A stretch of DNA of 63,964 bases, the filler included, from Reclinomonas americana ATCC 50394 (lineage: Eukaryota): the NCBI GenBank assembly GCA_048213135.1. It is 7 parts of 4 records of this genome, joined end to end, with 100 filler letters (N's around TTAATTAATTAA, not from the genome) between each part and the next. Parts side by side here need not be neighbours in the genome. Positions count along the whole stretch, not along the records: positions 9,475 to 23,355 come from PS015289.1; positions 23,456 to 33,281 come from PS015291.1; 5 more parts are not named here. One strand, written 5' to 3'. The position numbers were made by a program, and so were the translations under genes. Under the pieces are notes generated by a model. That model worked only from the letters and a program-made list of their open reading frames with translations. It had not been told where the DNA came from and did no database searches. Within the stretch, counting starts at the first letter, position 1. Each line of letters starts with the position of its first letter. Below, piece by piece: positions 16,226 through 30,100 of this stretch.

Positions 16226-17556
16226 GTATGAAGAGACAAGGTGGGTCGTGGGCGACGAGAAACGTGTCGGCAGTGCAGGATCAAGGGTGATATCTCGGAG
16301 TCGAAATATGAGGGTGCAGAGAGGGAGATCAAGGTCGGTATTGGCCTCCTTTTGGCCTGGCTGCACGGGCGCAGAGTCAAATCGAGTTGGAGAACAGAGT
16401 GCTCACCAGGTTGCTGCCATGGTCGTTGTCGGCAAGCAACTTGCGGGCAATCATCATGTTGCGAGCTTGAAAGAAAAGGAAGATCCAGAGTGAGGCGTCG
16501 AGCGCTCTTGATAATGGGCGACAACCAGCAAACAACTTTCTTGCTCTGCAGATCACCAGCAGCGGCAAGTGAGCAAAGGTGAAGAATGCGAATGCCAATG
16601 TGACGCTTTGAAGAAGGCCGCTGCGTGCTTGAAACCAAGGCACACCTTTCTCTCCTTCACTCTTTCCCTCTCTCTCTCTCTCTCTCTCTCNNNNNNNNNN
16701 NNNNNNNNNNNNNNNNNNNNNNNNNNNNNNNNNNNNNNNNNNNNNNNNNNNNNNNNNNNNNNNNNNNNNNNNNNNNNNNNNNNNNNNNNNNNNNNNNNNN
16801 NNNNNNNNNNNNNNNNNNNNNNNNNNNNNNNNNNNNNNNNNNNNNNNNNNNNNNNNNNNNNNNNNNNNNNNNNNNNNNNNNNNNNNNNNNNNNNNNNNNN
16901 NAGTAAGTGTGTGAGAGAGTCAGAGGCTGCGACGGAAGAAGAGAGCGAGACAGTTGTGCGTGGGCAAGGTTGGTTTGTGTGCGCATCTGGCAGAGTGCGC
17001 AGGAGTGCTCGTGTGTGTGCGCGAGAGCAAGACGGAGAGAGAGAGAGGCTGAGAAGGAAAGAAGATAGCGGGAGGCTGGTGTGTGGAGAGCGCGTTTTAG
17101 AGTTGGGTTCGTTTGGCTGTGTGCGTGAGTAAATAGAAGAGAGGGAATACTCTGAGTGGCCTGTGCTTGGTGTGCGCGTTGCGTTTGCGACTTCGGTTCG
17201 TGTGCTCATTTGGTAGCGTGTGCTGGAGTGCGTGTTTCGGGTGTGCGATAGAGAGAGAGCTCAAAGTCAAAAGTTGGGTTCGTGTTCTCATCTTGCAGTG
17301 TGTTCGTTTGTGCGCGAATGTGAGAGATATGGGTGCTGAGGAGGCAAGGAGATAGCGAGAGGCTGGTGTGTGGAGAGCGCGTTTGAGTGTTGGGTTCGTT
17401 TGGCTATCTGTGTGAGTGAGTGAAAGGGAGAGAGCGAGAGCGAGTGCACGACCGAGGAAGGAGGTTGAGAAGCAAAGAGAGAGCGAGACACTTGTGCTTT
17501 TAAAGCGCTGTTGTGAGTTGAGAATGTTTGTGCATGTGCAGGAGGCATGTGCGCAC

Positions 17557-17599
<43 letters not shown>

Positions 17600-18160
17600 A
17601 GAGAGAGAAGGACCTGGGCTTGGTGTAGTCTCGTGTATCAGGTCGCATGCACTTCTTTGAGTGTCTGTCTTCGTGCCTTCTCGTTTCTCTCGCCCGCGCT
17701 TCTCCTTCGTCTCGCCCTTCCAGCATTGCTCTGTCGCTCCTCTGTCGTTCCAAGCTGGAAAAATGTTTCCTCACTCGCGTCTCTCTGGTCTTGTGTCTCC
17801 GTGAACACCTTGCATTTTCTGCTGCTCTCATCCCTCGTCCACTCTCCTAATCCTGAATCCACGAGCCTTACTTTTTAGCGCATCCTCAACCACTTCTTCT
17901 CACCTCTTTCGTCTGCAGGTGTGTCGCCCTCCATCTCATTATCTTCGTCCTTTATACCTCCTCTCATCGTCGCTCACATCTTGCGCCATTCGTTGCCATA
18001 CGCCTGTCCTTCTCACCCTTCCCCCTTTTATTCATCCTCACTAATTCTCACAATCTCGTCCTCGGTCTTTTCTCCCCATTCCTCCGTTCATCTCATTGCC
18101 CATCCCTCTCCTTTATATCACTCACCCTTTCCCCCTCCCACCCCTTCCCCTTCCCCACAG

Positions 18161-19322
18161 CTCCTTCACCCTCGTCATCCAAGAACCCCACCGCAACGTG
18201 CAACTGTGGATCGAACCCGCCCGCCGACTCGACCCCTCCTCCTCCACCGCTGCCTCCTCGACCACCGACACGGACGACGACGAGTGCATGGTGTTCCTGT
18301 CGACCACGGTACGCACCGTGGCCGTGCACCTGCGCCTGGCCGGCGGCGGCCCCAGCAAGGTGTCGGTGGTGCCCGTTGGCACCAAGGAGCGCAACGGCGA
18401 CCACGGCGCGTGTGTGCAACGTGTGCCTCCGTACCTCGGCGATGCGTCGCCCGTCGGCGCCGATGACGAGAGCTCCGTGGCCGCGCTGCCGTCGGAGCCC
18501 TACGGTGGCGGGGAGGAGGCGGGTGCTTCTTCCTCATCATCGTCGCCGCAGCAAGTGGCCGTATTTGCCGCGCGCCCACTGCGGCGGCTGTGGAAGGCCG
18601 ATGCTCGCACAGGATTGGTCGAGGTTTGTTCTGTTGTCGCCGGTTTGTTCTCGCCACAACTCAAGTATGCTTCAACAGGCCACCTTGCGACCCGCGCCGT
18701 GCAATCCCATTCGCTGCGAGGAACTCCTGCCCGAGCTCGGTGCTGCGGAGGCAGCCGCGCCACAGCTGCAGTACGGAATGTTGTGGCCGTGGGGCATGTA
18801 CCAGCTGGCCTGCGCTCGCCCATCGACGCCGCACATTGTTTCGTGGACCCGGGAGGCAAGGGGATTGAGAGGGCAAAGTCTCTCTCTCTCTCTCTNNNNN
18901 NNNNNNNNNNNNNNNNNNNNNNNNNNNNNNNNNNNNNNNNNNNNNNNNNNNNNNNNNNNNNNNNNNNNNNNNNNNNNNNNNNNNNNNNNNNNNNNNNNNN
19001 NNNNNNNNNNNNNNNNNNNNNNNNNNNNNNNNNNNNNNNNNNNNNNNNNNNNNNNNNNNNNNNNNNNNNNNNNNNNNNNNNNNNNNNNNNNNNNNNNNNN
19101 NNNNNNNNNNNNNNNNNNNNNNNNNNNNNNNNNNNNNNNNNNNNNNNNNNNNNNNNNNNNNNNNNNNNNNNNNNNNNNNNNNNNNNNNNNNNNNNNNNNN
19201 NNNNNNNNNNNNNNNNNNNNNNNNNNNNNNNNNNNNNNNNNNNNNNNNNNNNNNNNNNNNNNNNNNNNNNNNNNNNNNNNNNNNNNNNNNNNNNNNNNNN
19301 NNNNNNNNNNNGTACGACGTAC

Positions 19323-19385
<63 letters not shown>

Positions 19386-22300
19386 TTGCATCAATCACCC
19401 TCTGTCGTCCCATCACTCTCTCCCCGTGTTCCTGCTTCCGTCCGATGGAGTAGAAGGAGCAGAAAAGAAAGCTTGTGGTTTCAGAAACGACGGCGCAGGT
19501 GACAGACAAATGCCTTACTTCCTGTGTCTCTCCTCTATATCACACCCTCCGTATCCTTGCTTTCGGCCAACTCCTGTCGGGAGACAAGAGGGACCGGAAG
19601 AGTGAGCTACTGTCAGAGAGGATCAATTCCTTTGTTTTTTTTATCTCTCCCTCTCTCCGCCTTCGTCCGGAGGAGTAGAAGAGCAAGGAAATAGCTTACG
19701 GTTTCAGAAACGACAACGCAGGTGACAGCAAGAGTCTCTCTCCCTGTCTCACCGTTTCACTCTTTCCTCTCCCCTTCTCTCTTCCTCTCCTCTCCCTCTC
19801 CCTCTCCCTCTTCACTCTTACCCCTTCCCTCTCCCTCTCTCTCCTTCCCCTTTGCCTATTCCACCTTCCCCCTCACATCCACTCTTTCCTCTCCCCTTCT
19901 CTCTTCCTCTCCTCTTCCTCTCTCTCCTTCCCCTTTGCCTATTCCACCTTCCCCCTCACATCCACCCTTTCCTCCCCCTCTTCCTCTCCCTCTTTCTCTT
20001 CCGTCTCCCTCTCCCTCTCCCTCTTCCGTCTCCCTCTCCCTCTCCCTCTTCCCCTCTCTTCCCCCTCCCTCTCCCTATCCCTCTCCATTCCTCCCTTCTC
20101 CCTTTCTCTCCCCTCTCCGTCTTCCTCTCTCACGCTCCCCTTTCCCTATCATCCTCCCCCTCCCCCTCTCCCTCTCCCTCTTCCCCCTCTCTCCCCCCTC
20201 CCTCTCCCTATTCCTCCTTCCTCACATCCACCCTTCCCCTCCTTGCAGGTCATCATCGACATCCAACTGGTATCCCTCACCCGCTGGTACGTGATGCCGC
20301 GGCCAGTGTACGCCATCGAGGTGGTGAATGAGACCGGCCGTATCTACGCCCTGGTAAAATCGGCGCCCGCCGCCGCCGCTGCCGGCGTCCCCGCCTTTCT
20401 GGTGGAGCTGACGCCGCCGTTCGTGACGCCGCCGTCGACACCAGAGCCGGAGGCAGCGCCAGTGCCGGCCTCTGTAGCAGCTGTAGTCCCTGAGCCCCCG
20501 CCAGAGCCACCTGCACCTCTCGTGCCTCTGCCACCACCACCACCTCCACCGCCGGCTCCCGTGGCACACGACACCGTCGTCGTGGCTCCTTCACCCCCAC
20601 CGACACCCCCTCCGACACCCCCGCCTCCCACTCGCACCCCACCGCCTTCCTCCTTGCAGGAGACTGCGGCTGTGGATGACGACCTCACATCCTCGTCCTC
20701 GGCGGCCGATGTGCGCGCTGGGCGCAAGAAGCGATCGAAAAAGGCAACGACAGCGGCCACCATTGTTGAGGGCACGGCGTCGGCCGATGCGGCGGCGACT
20801 GCCACACTGAAACCGTCCTCCGCCGTCAAGACCAAAAAGGCGGTGCGTCGGCGTGTGGCGTCAGTGGATCTCGACGGAGGATCGTCGTTGTCGGCCGCCG
20901 CCGCCGCCGCCGTGCCGCCGCTGCCGGGCTCCAGTACACTGCCGTCGTTGGCCACCGATGCCTCCACGGCCGCCTCAAATTCACCGCCCATGGAGTCCAT
21001 GTCGGTGCAGGCGACGGCGGCGGGGGCGTCGTCGTCGACCGAGGTGCACCTCACGCATCAGCGCTCGTCCAGCAGTCGCGATCTGTCGAGCTCCTCCCAG
21101 CAGGATGCGAGGGAGCGGGCGCCGACGCCGCCGGAGAGGTGGGGAAAGGGAGAAGGGGACGGAAGGGGAAAGGGAGGGGAAGAAGGGGGGAAAGGGGAAG
21201 GGAGAGAGGAGAATGGCGATTGGGAGGGAGAAGAGATAGGATGGTGGAGGCATTTTGTTTGTCGAAGACGTTTCTCAGTTTAGAGTTACGGGGGTGATAG
21301 GAAAGGACAGAAAGGAGTGGAGATATCGAGAGAGTGCAGCAGCGTTTGAGGAAGAAGTTTTGTGTGCAGAACTGTAGAGTGCACAGTGTTGAAAGTGAGT
21401 TGAGGGGAGACTGGATGTGAGAAGGGAGAAGAGAGAGGAGATGATGTACAGGCAGCTTTTCTGGAACGTGAATGGAAGAGAGAATGGATAGGATGCATGC
21501 AGCTCATTCCGGTGCTGTTCTGTGAGGCCGTTTCCAGAGAAGTGAGCGAGAATGGTTGACAGGCTCTGCAGACAGTTTGGTTTCAGATGACTCGACTTCG
21601 TCGTCATTTCTGCTGAATGGGATTTATGGCAGTGAACGTCTGTTGTCCTCTATCTCTCTCTTTTTATTCTATCTTCCGTCGCAGGCACAGGCGGGTTGAG
21701 CAAGCTGCATGGTCAAAGGCTTTCTGACTGTGAAAGCTCTCTTGTCTCTCTCATTTTCTCTTTCTGTCGTCTTCTTGCATGTGGGTTGTGCCAACTGAGA
21801 TTGCAGTGATCATCAATTCTGTCTCGACCTCCGGAGGGTTGAGAGAAGGCGTCACAGCTGTCTGTTCTCTCTCTCGCTCTCTCTCTTTCTCTCTCTCTTC
21901 TGAGTGGATGTGAATCAGTTTGTTCTCTGTCTGCCTCAACGTGAAGCAAGGCTTCTTGACTGCAATCTTCTCTCTGTATATTTTCGTGAGTTGGGCTCTT
22001 CATAAGGTTGAGGGCTTCGCAGCTTCTGTTCTCTCTGTTTTCTCTCTTTCTGTCTTTTCCTCTCACTTTCTCTCTGTTCTCTCTGTTATCTCTCTTTCTC
22101 TCTCACTTTCTATCTCTCTCTCTCTCTCGTTTTCTCTCTCTCTCTGTCTTTCTTTCGTTCTTTCTCTCTCTCTCCCCCTCTCCCTCTTTCTCTCCTTCCT
22201 TCTCTTTTCTAACCTCCCCCTTTCCCCCTTTCCCTTCCCCTACTCAGCGAGGACCTCAGCAGCGCCGCCTCAACCCCCTTTGACCGCGCGAGCAGTGCCG

Positions 22301-23355
22301 GCGAGGACTCACAACTGGCCACCGACCCCATGTCACCGTCGCCGCACACTGGCAAGACGCGCGTTCGCAAGAAAAAGGCGACCAGTGTGCGCATTGGCGA
22401 GACGTCCTCGCCCTCGGCCAATGTGCAATCCTCGGCCTCCTTCACGGCTCCCGGCAGCGTGGCTGTGGCGGCCGCCGGTCCGCCGCCGCCGCGGAAAAAG
22501 AAGGCCGCACGACGGACGGTCGACATTTTCGATTCGGATGAGGCGGCGCTGGCGGCGGCCGCGAGTGGCAATTCATCCGGGCGCACGCGAGGCGGGTCGG
22601 CCCAGCAGCAGCAGCAGCCACCGGCAGCAACGGAGGTCGCCAGTGGGCGTGCGCGCGGAGGATCGGCCCAGCAGCCGGCAACGACCGAAACAGCTGCCGC
22701 AGGACGTGCACGCGGCGCCTCTGCTCAGCAGTCTGTGCCGACCGAGGTCGCCGCACTGCCGTCGACCACTGTAAAGGTGTCGCCTCCGACCCCGACGGTG
22801 CAGGCGGCAGCAGTAGCAGCAGCTCCTCCTCCTCCTCCTGCGCCAGCTCCCGCTCCGGTGGTGGCGCAGCCGGTGCCTGTGCGAAAGCCGTCGGCGTCGT
22901 TGTTCCCGTCGGTCGTCGCGGAATCGGCCAAGGCGCCGTCGCCTTTGCCGACACCGCCCGGCACTGGCGCATCGACGCCACAGCTGCAGAGCCCATCCGG
23001 GAGTCGTGCTGCCTCACCACCACCAGCACCTCCCCCTCCTACTGCCCCTGTTGATCCACCACCGCCATTGGAGTTCGCCACACCCTCGCCACCTGCCGTG
23101 TCGCCCTCGTCGCCGTCCCCTTTATCGCCAGAGGAGCCTCCGGCGGAGCCGGCGCCCCAGCCGCCGGCCACGCCCGCGGAGTGGCTGGAGATGTTGCAGG
23201 CGGCGGCGGCCAGCGACTCGACCATGTCGGTGCGCCAGGTGGTCGAGTCGATGGTGCAGCAGATGGGTTCGGAGCGCGCGCTGCGCATGTTGGGTGACGC
23301 GGCGGCGGTACCGACTGAGGGCGGTCAGCAGCAGCACGATGTGGTGGTGGTGGCC
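18161..23355 (+). CDS. HPS5/TECPR2-like beta-propeller protein with long Pro/Ala/Ser-rich region (partial)
   Basis: Motifs VGTKERNGDHGAC, VFAARPLRRLWKAD..VE|ATL and IVSWTRE resemble the HPS5/TECPR2 family (IGNKERDGEYGAC; ARPG-x-RLW). Low-complexity exons at 20250-21138 and 22248-23355. Confidence 0.7.
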
Positions 23356-23506
23356 NNNNNNNNNNNNNNNNNNNNNNNNNNNNNNNNNNNNNNNNNNNNT
23401 TAATTAATTAANNNNNNNNNNNNNNNNNNNNNNNNNNNNNNNNNNNNNNNNNNNNCTTGCAAGTTTGTGTTCAACAATGCCATCTCACACTGTGACGTGA
23501 ACGCAG

Positions 23507-23964
23507 CATCGACCGCCAAAGGGATCGCTCTTCACCCTCCTCCACGTGCTGCACGAGGCGCTGCTGTGTGTGGATGAGGACGCGGGGCACTTTTTGCAGA
23601 CGCGCCAACTGTTGCGCTGCCTGAAGGACGAAGTGCTGTTCAACGTGAAGAGGGAAGTGCAGCAGGTCATTGCTGGATTCCAGGAAGGCTTCGAGAAGAC
23701 CGTACAGGAGCTGCTCGGTACGTCGACCGTCACTCGACGTGTTTTTCCGCCACACATTGTCTCACACCTGTCACTCACCACGCAGCCATTCTCGTCGAGC
23801 GCCTCGGCCTGGACAAGAAGACACGCATGACGCAGACAGAGTCCGCTGAGACCTCCGAGGTTGAATGCGAGGCCGATCTGCCGCCACCAGTGGACGACTC
23901 GGCACAAGAGCACGAACCAGAGCCACCAGCACCATCCGCCAAGCCCAGCGCACGGAAGAAGTAA
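23507..23964 (+). CDS. 3' end of an unidentified protein
   Basis: HRPPKGSLFTLLHVLHEALL...FEKTVQELL|AILVERLGLDKK...SARKK*, joined across one GT-AG intron. Confidence 0.5.
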
Positions 23965-24114
23965 TCGAATCCATCTCTCGCCGCTGTCTTTTGTCTACTC
24001 TACGCAAGCGCATGCCTCGTGCACTCTCTTGTCTTTCTCTCTCTCATTCTTTCTTTCCCTCCTCCTGTTGAACAAATAACAACGACAACACACGAAACTA
24101 AACAACATGTGGCT

Positions 24115-27100
24115 TCATGCATCCTCTTCTACCATTTGCTCCTCCTCTTCCTCCTCCTCCGCCACCTGCCACACCAGCGGACCGACCTTACCCTGAAATA
24201 CGCGTTGCAGCGTGTCCACTCCTGGAGAAGCCTCGCGCACCGTCGACGTGGCCAGTTGCCACAGCAAAAGCTCATCACCATCGGCCACAAACACCAAACT
24301 CGCCTGCTCCGCCACACCAGACTCGCGCATGCGCACCAACACTGGCGCCACGACGCCCACTGCATCACCACCATGCACACGCACAGTTGCCACCTGCAAG
24401 CGATGCTCATCGCCATCTACAGAGTGCACGCCCTCCAGTGCGCACGCGATCGAGGCTCCTCCCACAGGCAACGAGGACGACGACGACGAGGAGAATGCAC
24501 TGCCGACGGAGAAATCGAGGGCTGTGCACACAGGCAGCGAGTGAGTGAGTGCCTTGCCCAGCAGCGCACGCCTGCACGTACGTCGGTCTTCAATGGCCGC
24601 AAACGAGAGACAGAAGCGTTCGTCGGCGCTACTTATGAGCAGAGAACTGGGAATGCATGGTCAGCATATGCGTGTGACACACACACAAGCATCGACGCGC
24701 ACCAGTCCATGAGGAAGGAGCCGGTGGCCGAGAATGAGGCACGACTGGAGGCAAACACACGCGCGGTCGCCATTCTTTCAAGGATCAAGGACGAGGACAC
24801 GCTTCTCGTGTTTCATTCATCACGTGTAGACGGTCGCAGTGCGAGTTAGCACTCGTTCTTGGCGAGCTCTGGCAGCCGCATCGACTCCCCGTGCAAGCAA
24901 CACAGCAAACCCCCAGATAACCAGCTGGCTGACGACGAGACGAAGTGGCTCCAACAACGTCGCGTGCATCACGTCCGACAGCACCGATGAAGTGGCCTGT
25001 GCGTCCATGTCAGTACATATCCACAGTCAAGAGAGAAAGGTCCCAGCAGCGACTCACCACACCCCAGTCTTCTTGCTCGTCGCGGAATTTGCCAATGGTC
25101 ACCAACACCATGTACGACAGGAACAGGCCGAGAAGCAGGCAGAGGAGGCGAGCGGCCAACTTGAAACCGAATGGCAGATCGTGTTTTCGTGCGCGGTGCC
25201 ACAGTTCCTCCAACGAACTGGCGCCGCGCCGCATCGTCTTCCCGCCAGCATCCACGGCGGCAGCTGTCGGACGCAACAGTGTCGCCTCACGCGTACCGCG
25301 TCGTTGTTCGACCAGCACGGCGGAGGCTCGACAGAGAGTCGGGTCACACACGACGCTGGTGGCGCAATTGACAAAGAGCACGCTGTCAAGGACCACCAAC
25401 GACGGATCCACCATGTTGCCGTCCTGATCCACCTGCATTTCCCCCACCCAAATTGTTGCGTGTCAGCGAAACAAGAGCTGAGCGCTGTGGGAGAATAAAC
25501 AAACAAGACGAAACATTGCTGGACGATGCAGAGGACGACAGCAACTCCTCCACGCCGGCATCGCATTCCACGCGGATACCGGTGCCAAAGCCAACAGTCG
25601 TATCGTGCGACACAACCAGCTGCCGCAAGTGCAACTCCGTAATCGGCCGATACAAGTCGCTCTGTGTCAACGCAACAGCGTCGTCGTCAGTGAACCAGAG
25701 AAAAATAGCCGACCCTTACAGACGGCACGCACCTGCGACTCCACGTCGCTGTCAGAAGAGGCTGTTGGGCCGGCCCATGCACTGTCCGACGGCGGTGGCA
25801 TCAGCGGGAACACGCTCATGCGCCGCGTGCTGCCCACTTGGCTTCCCATTCGAAAACTGACATCGCTGATGCGGGTCGATCGCTTGCGCGACATGGTGGA
25901 CGAGGCGGTGGACTGCGCGACCCACGGCGCACCAGGCGAGTGTGGCGAATACTGCTGCAACAGCTGCTCGTCTACGGCCGTACACACACGCAACGCCACC
26001 CGATTGCTTGGCGACATCAATTCGGATCCACACACTTGGATGACGGCCTGCCACTCGTCGCACGAGATCAGCATCAGAACGCCGGTCTTGGTGCGACCCT
26101 TGGCCGGAATAGTCAGAGGCGGATAGACTCCCGGACGCAGGAACACCACACTCGGCAGCTGCTCATGCTGCTCATCGAATAGTCGTTGAAGCTCAAAGGG
26201 ATCTGTGGTGGCGTCGACAAAGACGTAGTCCTGCGAGTCGCGAATCCGCTGCAACTCGGCCTCCGTGGCCCGCTGCGGCGAGAAGAGACCCTGGATACGC
26301 GCCGACAGGCCTGCACAGCCGTAAGTGTCAGCTCTCACACAGGCAGGAAACAGAAGACTTGTTGCTTCTGCGCCGGCTGTACCTCGTGACTTTTGCGCAG
26401 CCGAGTTCCACCACTCATCCTGCTCGCCGCGGTAGAACTCGTGTTGAAGGAAGGCAGCAACCAAGTCAAAGTAGCTGTCGCGCATCACTCCGTACGGAGC
26501 CAGACGCTCCTGCTTGTCTTGACATTGCATCTGGCAACGAGATACTAAAATCAACAAGCAAAGTCCACCCCAACAAACAACAACAAGAAGCGACGCACAA
26601 TCCAGGCACGAGCGAACAGCAGGAAACCACCCAGCGGATTATCCAACGATGCCTCACACAGCGCCAGCTGCAACAAGCTGTTGACTCGAGGCGCGCAGGT
26701 CTGCACTCGAGTTGACGCAGCATCGGTATCCTGCAGTGTCGGGAGAAAAAGGGATGATTTAACTGCATGCAACAGCTCCAGTCCACCAGGAGACGCGGAA
26801 CGCAACTTGCGAATCAAGAGTCGGTGCACGCCAGGTGAAGCGCAATGTGGCGAGCTTGTAGTCGCCGGTGGCGGAAAGATCGCTGAGAATACTGAATCCG
26901 TGAATGCGGCGCTCCGCAAGCCACCCTCTGCGGGTCAATTGCTGCCACAACTCCAATGTAAGCTGGGACTGCATGTGACTCGCGAATTTTGGACGGCGGA
27001 GAAGGGTACTCACCCCACGGTTACGCGACGACCGGAGCGCCGGCAACGCACTGTTGTTAGACGCCTCCGCATCAAGAAGCATTTCTTGCTCATTGCGCAG

Positions 27101-30100
27101 TGCAGCAGCCTTCAGCTGACTCAGAAGAACAGTTTCTGTGTGCGACAGACGTTTTCAGATTATACATCCTAGCGCAAGAAAAACTACATGGGTCGCAACT
27201 CAGTTGATCCCCTTCGGTACCCTGCTTTCGAGGCGGTCGTCGAGGTGTCACATGGAACACCCAACCAAACACAATCATCACCGGGAGCGCAACCAGAGCG
27301 CCTACGCAAAACAACAAGGTAGAATAATGAGCGACGACCGGACGTCCGGACTCCACAAAGGCAACCGAAAAACAACTCGTACCGACAACCGCAGCGCCAA
27401 GAGCGTGCGCAATCGTCAGCACCACACTTTGACTGCTGGTACTCATCGCCGCATTGACGTAGCAACTGACCACCAGGCCCACCCACAGCAACTGTGCAGC
27501 AGAGAGTGAGAATCACCCCCTGTTCCCGCGTCGCTCGATAACAACATCGAATAACAACAACAACAGCTGTACAGCACTACTCACCAGCACTTTGTCCACT
27601 CGTCGTACGGTTGTGTCACGGCGTGGTTCAATCACTGCCGATACCCACAGATGCTGCCGCGCCAGAGTTCGAGCATGCTCCTTCAGTCGCTCGGCTGTGG
27701 ACCGCTGGCGTCTCAGGGCAATCACCCGGCGCACAACGGCCTGGAAGCGACGCAGTGGACGACTGGGGCGGACTAGATCCTCGCGCTCCGCCACCAGAAC
27801 CACCGCACTGTTCGCTGGCAGGTCGGCACCGACCCGGGGCGATGCGCCTGCTGGCGAAGCAGTGTCCGAGGTGGCGTCGTCACTGATGCGCCGGCCAATC
27901 AATTGTGCCGGACTGTCTGCAGATGTCGCGTCCTCCTGATCGTGATTTTCGGAGAATGGTGAGTCGCCGGCTCGCTGCACCACCGAAGACATTTTCTGCG
28001 CCACCAGGTAATTAGCACATCGCCGCACATCACATCCAGAGAAAGTGCGTACAAACCCGCCGGGCAATGTCGACCTCCAATGACACCGCTCGCCGATGAC
28101 CGACAGACGGACGACGTGACTGCGCCAGCAGCATATGCGTGCTCTCGCGTCGATTACGGGCACGACTGATACTGGTCGACGATGGAGTCGAAGAGTCTGA
28201 CGAATCCACTTCCGCAAACTGCGTCTGGCGACGACGCGGCCGACACCGATACCACGGCTTACTCGGAGCCTCATCGCTCGACTGCGGCGTCTCGACTCTA
28301 ATCGGTGTCACATGCGGCGGTGCAGCGGAGAGGCGGCGTTCGCCACCACCGTCAGCATCGCTTACTGATCCACGGAGGCCATCCCACATCAAATCGGCGC
28401 GCGACACGCGACGTGCCTGTGCTACTGGCAGCTCCTCCTCAAACGTCATCACTGCATTGGTGTCCACAGCATCGACACTGCCAGGCAGTTTGACGTCGCC
28501 GCTCGCTGAGTCTTCCACGCTGACGGAAGGCGATGCACGGGTGGGAGTACTGAAGGCAGGAGACTCGATGCCCCGTGGAGATGACGCCACAAAATCGAAC
28601 AATGGAATCTCAGACAGCGACACGGCCGGCATTTGCGACTGGGTACAAAGCTTGATCGTGAGCACAGCGGAGAATAAGATCACATAATTCGAAAAGTCGT
28701 GCAAACCTGGTGTCGGATCATGGATCCAATCGGCCGCAAGTCTCCTCGCCGACTCGACGAGCGTACCGGCGACTCTTCTTCTTCTTCAACTGGCTCCTCG
28801 ACGAACCGCGACATGCGGCGACGGGCGGAAGCGACACGCTCTGACCCGTCGTCTGCTACTGCCGGAGGTGGCGCGGGCAAGATGAACGAGGACTCCATGG
28901 GTACATGCAGCCATGACGCCACGCCAAGTAGATGACCACGTCGTCGAGACTGCACCCTCTCTCGCAGATGATCGCCGTCATCAACAGAAATCGTGGGTGC
29001 CGTCGCAGGTAGCGTCGCATCCTTCCCCACTTTCGCCTCCACAGCCTGCATTTCGCGATCACGAACAGCCGCCAGCTCGGCGAGCCGCGCCAGATACTTG
29101 TGGCGCTGCTGTACCGCGCATTCATCCTGTTCATGGGGCGGTGACGATTGAGAACAAGCATGCAGGGAATGTCTGTCCGTGTGTGAACAGAGGCCAGCGA
29201 CATACCTCCACGTCCAGAGCGCGATCGCGACGCCACATGACCACAACAGTCACCACAAACAGCACGAAATATGTGCACAGGAGGAAGAACGTTGGGCTGA
29301 GGAACACGTTGTGTTTCGCAATCAGATTGGCATCCGCCGGACTGGCAAACGTGAAGGAGATCTTTGGCAGGATCGAGAGATCCAGCGTCTGCATGGACGA
29401 TGAAGATTATTCAACACAACTGGATCTCACCACGTGAACACCAACAGGAAACGCAACAAAGTCGGTCATGTGACTGGTGGCACAAAAGACGCCAGTGACC
29501 TGTTTCCACTCTTCGTCAGTGACACAGCAACAAAGTGAGAGAGACGTGCATGAACACGCAACATTCGGCAGCTGGCCCCTCACGATCGGTTCCACCACAA
29601 TGTACGTGCTTAGTCCGGTGGCACTCAACCGATTGCCGGTCTTGCATACGTCGCGAGAGACACACAGTGGAATCCACGTATTCGGCAACTCAATCATCAT
29701 CGGTGCCGCGGTGGTCACGTTGAATCGATACTCCGATTCCGCTGCGCACCGAAGCAGCGGCGATGTAAGTCACAAATATGAGCGCTGTCTGCGGCAGTGA
29801 TATTGGCGCAACTTGCATTGGTGCAGTTTTGCAACATGCACATGGCAATCCGTGAAAACGTTTGGTTGTACTGGCCAATCACACTCTGCCACTCGGGAAT
29901 CACAAGAACCAGTGGCTCCAGCTCGTCCTTTACCGATACAGTGTCTTCGGGACTCTGCGCAGCAAGGGTCAGATACACTCGCACGCATGGCAGTAGATGT
30001 CTCAGTCGTCAAGCACACCTGCACCGAGTATGCGTACACCTTGGACGGTTGTGCCTTCCTGTTGTAGTCGTTGGTCGCATTGACAATTGGCACGCCAGTA

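Noticed and set aside
16190..16643. Possible small minus-strand gene
   Set aside because: Splice-like signals exist, but there is no recognisable protein motif and part of it overlaps the heptamer repeat, so I cannot support it.
19551..19558. GTATCCTT on the plus strand
   Set aside because: It sits in repeat-rich intronic sequence with no adjoining coding exon.
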